Source: Nostoc sp.
GTDB lineage: Bacteria > Cyanobacteriota > Cyanobacteriia > Cyanobacteriales > Nostocaceae
Direction: 5' to 3'
Assembly (NCBI GenBank): GCA_036918135.1
Contig: JBALDB010000002.1
Location: 96,001-160,000 of the forward strand
Length of the DNA stretch: 64,000 nucleotides
Shown: positions 60,540 through 64,000 of the stretch, piece by piece
Layout: every line of letters begins with the position of its first letter
Position numbering within the stretch: position 1 is the first letter of the stretch
Program-made: the position numbers and the translations under genes
The notes under the pieces: generated by a model
Database searches by the model: none
The model's input: only the letters and a program-made list of their open reading frames with translations
Told to the model about the DNA's origin: nothing

Positions 60540-62678
60540 ATGAGTCAGCTAGTATCTAAATTCAGTTACAGAATAGAGTGGTTGTTGATACTTTTGATTT
60601 TGCTGGTTCAGCCTGCAAAAGCGCAAGATATTCCTAAATCTAATAATCGGTTCAATCTAGCGAAAACACTACCACAAGCGAAGCCACCTCAAGCAACTGG
60701 GAAAATTAGGCAATTAAGTGAGCTAGAACCTGTTATTACCAGCGCCAAAATGTTATTAGTGCAGTCGTCAACACCAGCAAACACTCCACAAACAGAAGTT
60801 GTGCAGGTAACGGGAGTTAAGGCAAATCCCACTACTAAAGGTGTAGAGGTGATTTTACAGACATCTAAAGGCGAACAGTTGCAAATTACGAATCGCAGTG
60901 CTGGTAATAACTTCATTGCTGATATTCCCAATGCACAGCTGCGTTTACCTAGTGGTGAGGCATTTACATTCCGCTCGGAAAAGCCAATTGCGGGTGTTAG
61001 TGAAATCACAGTTACTAACTTTGATGCCAATACTATCCGGGTAAGTGCGATCGGACAAACAGGTGTTCCAACTGTCGAGTTATTTGATAGTGCAGATGAG
61101 GGTTTAATTTTTAGTGTGACGACTGCTGCATCCACAGCACAACAACCTCAAACCCAACCAACTCCTGAACAGCAGCCAGAAACTCAAACACAGCCAAAAC
61201 CATCAACACAAGGTGATGAACCGATTGAGTTGGTAGTCACGGGCGAACAAGACGGATATAGTGTACCAGATAGCACAACTGCAACTAAAACTGATACTCC
61301 TCAACGTGACATTCCCCAGTCAATTCAAGTTATTCCTCAACAAGTCATCAAGGATCAACAAATTACGCGGATTAGCGATGCTGTAAGGAATGTCAGTGGT
61401 GTGACTATTCAGGGAGACTATGCTAATTTGTCAGATACTTACAACATTCGCGGCTTTACCACCTATGCCACTTTGAGAGATGGTTTTTATGCCATTGGTA
61501 ACTTTGTAAATCCAACAAATATTGAGCGGATTGAAGTGCTTAAGGGTCCAGCTTCCGTGCTGTATGGGCAGTTTGAGCCAGGAGGGGTGGTGAATTATGT
61601 CACCAAAAAACCACTTGATTATCCTTATTACTCCGCTGAGTTTACAGCCGGAAGCTTTAGCACCTATCGTCCTTCGCTCGATTTTTCTGGACCGCTTAAC
61701 TCAGACAAAAGTATTCTGTATCGCTTGAATGTTGCTTATGAAAATTCCGGTAGCTTCGTTGACTTTTTGAATGAAAAAGTCCTTAGCATCGCTCCCGCAC
61801 TCACGTTCAAACTTGGGAAGGCAACCACGTTAACGTTTCAGTATGAATACCTCAACGCCGATCGCACTTTCTACGACGGTTTACTACCCGATCCCAACGT
61901 TTTCAACGTGCCGATTAATCGCTTCTTGGGAGAGCCAGGAGATTATTACTCGGCTCAATCGCATTTCATTAATTTAACTGTTAATCACAGTTTTAACAAA
62001 AACCTGCAAATTCGCAGTGCCTTTTCCGTTAAGCTGACCGATGGTGATGACTTAGCGTTTCGACCCGAATCTCTTGATGCAGACGGTCGTACTGTGTTAA
62101 GGCGGTATGCGGTAGATAGAAACCTTTACCGCAACTACTCCCTGCAAACGGATCTGATTGGTAACTTCAATACAGGGCCTGTGCAACATCAAGTTTTGCT
62201 GGGGTTGGAGTGGAATAAAGACCTCCTGGGCTTCGATTATCTCCGCAGTAGCACTTCTGTGACTCCTAGTATTGATTTGTTTAATCCCGTGTATGGTGCT
62301 TCCCCGCCACCAGAGTTTGATGAAGGCTCAGAGCGCGAGCGTTACGGTCGTGACACGATCGCCTTTTATCTACAAGATCAAGTCACATTGCTACCAAACC
62401 TGAAGCTATTAGCGGGTGGCAGATATGACTTTATCAATCGGAAGAATACCGTTCGACCACTAGATCCTACGGGTAATAATCTGATTGGTGATGAGAGCGT
62501 TGACCGCTTGTATAATGAAGCTTTTTCACCTCGCGTTGGCATTGTTTATCAACCAATTGAACCGATTTCAATTTACGCCAGTTACAGCCGCTCGTTTAAT
62601 CCCAGTGATTCGCGGACGGTAGATGGAACTCAATTGCCACCAGAACGCGGCACTCAGTATGAAGTGGGACTGTTGTGA
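60540..62678 (+). pseudogene. 3'-truncated TonB-dependent receptor
   Basis: Stops at QYEVGLL where the two paralogues continue for well over 150 aa; terminal barrel strands and C-terminal F are missing. Confidence 0.85.
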
Positions 62679-62737
62679 GGTGGCGGTATCGTTATCAAGC
62701 TAAAACTAGGATAAGCGAAACTGCAACACCCTGTTAA
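62672..62737 (+). pseudogene. 3' tail of a second PepSY gene
   Basis: VVRWRYRYQAKTR matches FVMWRYRYRAKPTR at the end of the 56462-57580 gene. Confidence 0.7.
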
Positions 62738-62741
62738 TAAA

Positions 62742-62948
62742 ATGCGATTATTTCCGGTAATTGTTTGGTGTCAGGGTATTGTTCGCTCAACTCGTTTCCG
62801 TTTCTGGTGGCAATTGCTAGCGATCGCCCTCCAAAAACCGGATTTATTGTATGGTTACCTCGTTGCATTGAGTTTTGGCGAACACTTCTTCAGCTTCCGT
62901 TATGAAGTGAAGCCAGAACTAGAGACACAACTAAAAATATTGAACTAA
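62742..62948 (+). pseudogene. C-terminal fragment of a DUF4070 B12-binding radical SAM gene
   Basis: W.QGIVRSTRFRFWWQL..I...KP..L..YL.....GEHF is typical of the DUF4070 tail; no upstream domains. Confidence 0.6.
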
Positions 62949-63006
62949 CAGCAGCAGCAAGCACAAGAAATAGAAAAAGCAAGTTATCAGTTATCACCTG
63001 TTAGTT

Positions 63007-63058
63007 GATGTTTAGTAAGTAGAGACAGGATTAATTTTGTCTCTACTTACTAAACATC
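63007..63058. repeat. Perfect 21-bp-arm inverted repeat
   Basis: gatgtttagtaagtagagaca-N10-tgtctctacttactaaacatc. Confidence 0.9.
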
Positions 63059-63469
63059 GGATTCTCAAACTCATCATTATCATCTCTTTGCGTCCTACCC
63101 TTCGAGATGGCAATTTTTCCTACGTAAAAACCCAAAAGACCCTATTTAATAAAATATACCCACCTCATTAAAATTAAGGATATAATAATAAAATAATTAA
63201 TACTTGATTAAAAATATATATTTTTTTGGTCATGTTCTTACTTATTTATACGTTTTTGACCAGATATTAAATTTGTATAAATAGAAAATAAATAATTAAT
63301 ATTATATAAATAACTAAGTACAATACTGAGTTTGTATAGAAAAACAAGCAAGATAATTTACGAGATTTTTTCAAAACAAATCATCTTGAACACTACAGAA
63401 TTTACATAAGTTTGGTTAGGCTTTTCATAGATAAAAAATCATTGCCTAATCGGAGATATTCTCATAAAT

Positions 63470-64000
63470 ATGAAAACTCTAAAAGTTCTTCTTGCCACTA
63501 CAGCGTTAAGCATCAGCCTCCTAAGTCTGTGTAATCAAAAAGCAACTGCTGGACAACTCTCCGATGGCTGGAACTATAGTATTGATTCCTTCCAAGATGG
63601 TTCTGGAGGTTCTGTTTTTGATATCAAAGGCATGGCGGTCAAAGACTCAGGTGACAAAGTTTATGTTGCTCTTACAGGCGGGATGCCTTTGGGTGGTACA
63701 ACAGATCCCGATGATTACTGGAATCCAGGTCATTCAGTCCATATTGGTTGGAGCGACTTATTCTTCAATTTTTCAGGTAAAGACTTCCAAACAGCTAGTC
63801 AAAGTAGTCAGCTATTTGGTGTGAGATTTGCCGACTATGACAATAGCTTGGCAACAGGAGTCTACCAAGGAGTCCAAGCAAAGAGTATCACTACACAACA
63901 TGGAGGCTATAGCAACTTGAAGTGGTATTACGACTGGGGTTGGGGTCAGAATAATACTCAAGGTACAGACCTAGCGACCACACAAGACGTTTACAACTAC
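63470..64000 (+). CDS. Exported surface protein, probably XDD3/PEP-CTERM type (runs off window)
   Basis: MKTLKVLLATTALSISLLSLCNQKATA signal peptide then GWNYSIDSFQDG...GMAVK....KVYVALTGGMPL...IGWSDLFFNFSG; frame open to the edge; the track's 63564 ORF is off-frame. Confidence 0.8.
   Translation, partial: MKTLKVLLATTALSISLLSLCNQKATAGQLSDGWNYSIDSFQDGSGGSVFDIKGMAVKDSGDKVYVALTGGMPLGGTTDPDDYWNPGHSVHIGWSDLFFNFSGKDFQTASQSSQLFGVRFADYDNSLATGVYQGVQAKSITTQHGGYSNLKWYYDWGWGQNNTQGTDLATTQDVYNY

Noticed and set aside
63564..63824. 86-aa ORF
   Set aside because: Off-frame shadow of the gene starting at 63470

Overview
This is a chromosomal window from a filamentous cyanobacterium, very probably Nostocales. 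The evidence is frequent HIP1 GCGATCGC octamers, STRR/SDR repeats and typical gene families. Housekeeping genes (mnmG, aroQ, topA, trpS, metF, tRNA-Ser(CGA), an rbp gene, ldhA, ppk2) are interleaved with accessory modules. (1) 0.9-12.1 kb: a minus-strand cluster of TpsB remnant, filamentous-haemagglutinin exoprotein, exported TPR-CHAT protease, DUF928 protein with five tandem GGASR repeats, CHASE2 hybrid kinase and REC-kinase; this is a candidate proteolytic peptide-signalling system. (2) 12.2-14.8 kb: a 2TM gene and an amidase share a near-identical 23-bp upstream motif and flank an HTH-Uma2 fusion gene. (3) An NYN nuclease carrying a CHAT-type TPR N-terminus. (4) An IS630-bordered sugar-nucleotide islet. 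(5) A capA/sulfite oxidase/ppk2 operon below tRNA-Ser. (6) A TetR/Rieske pair with visible operators. (7) An AraC/TonB-receptor/PepSY array built by duplication and eroded by deletion. Several features are missing from the ORF track: a small protein, two partial ORFs at the window edges, several gene remnants, candidate Yfr1 target sites, MITEs and HIP1-linked in-frame insertions. No CRISPR array or rRNA was seen. All family calls come from motif recognition, not database searches.
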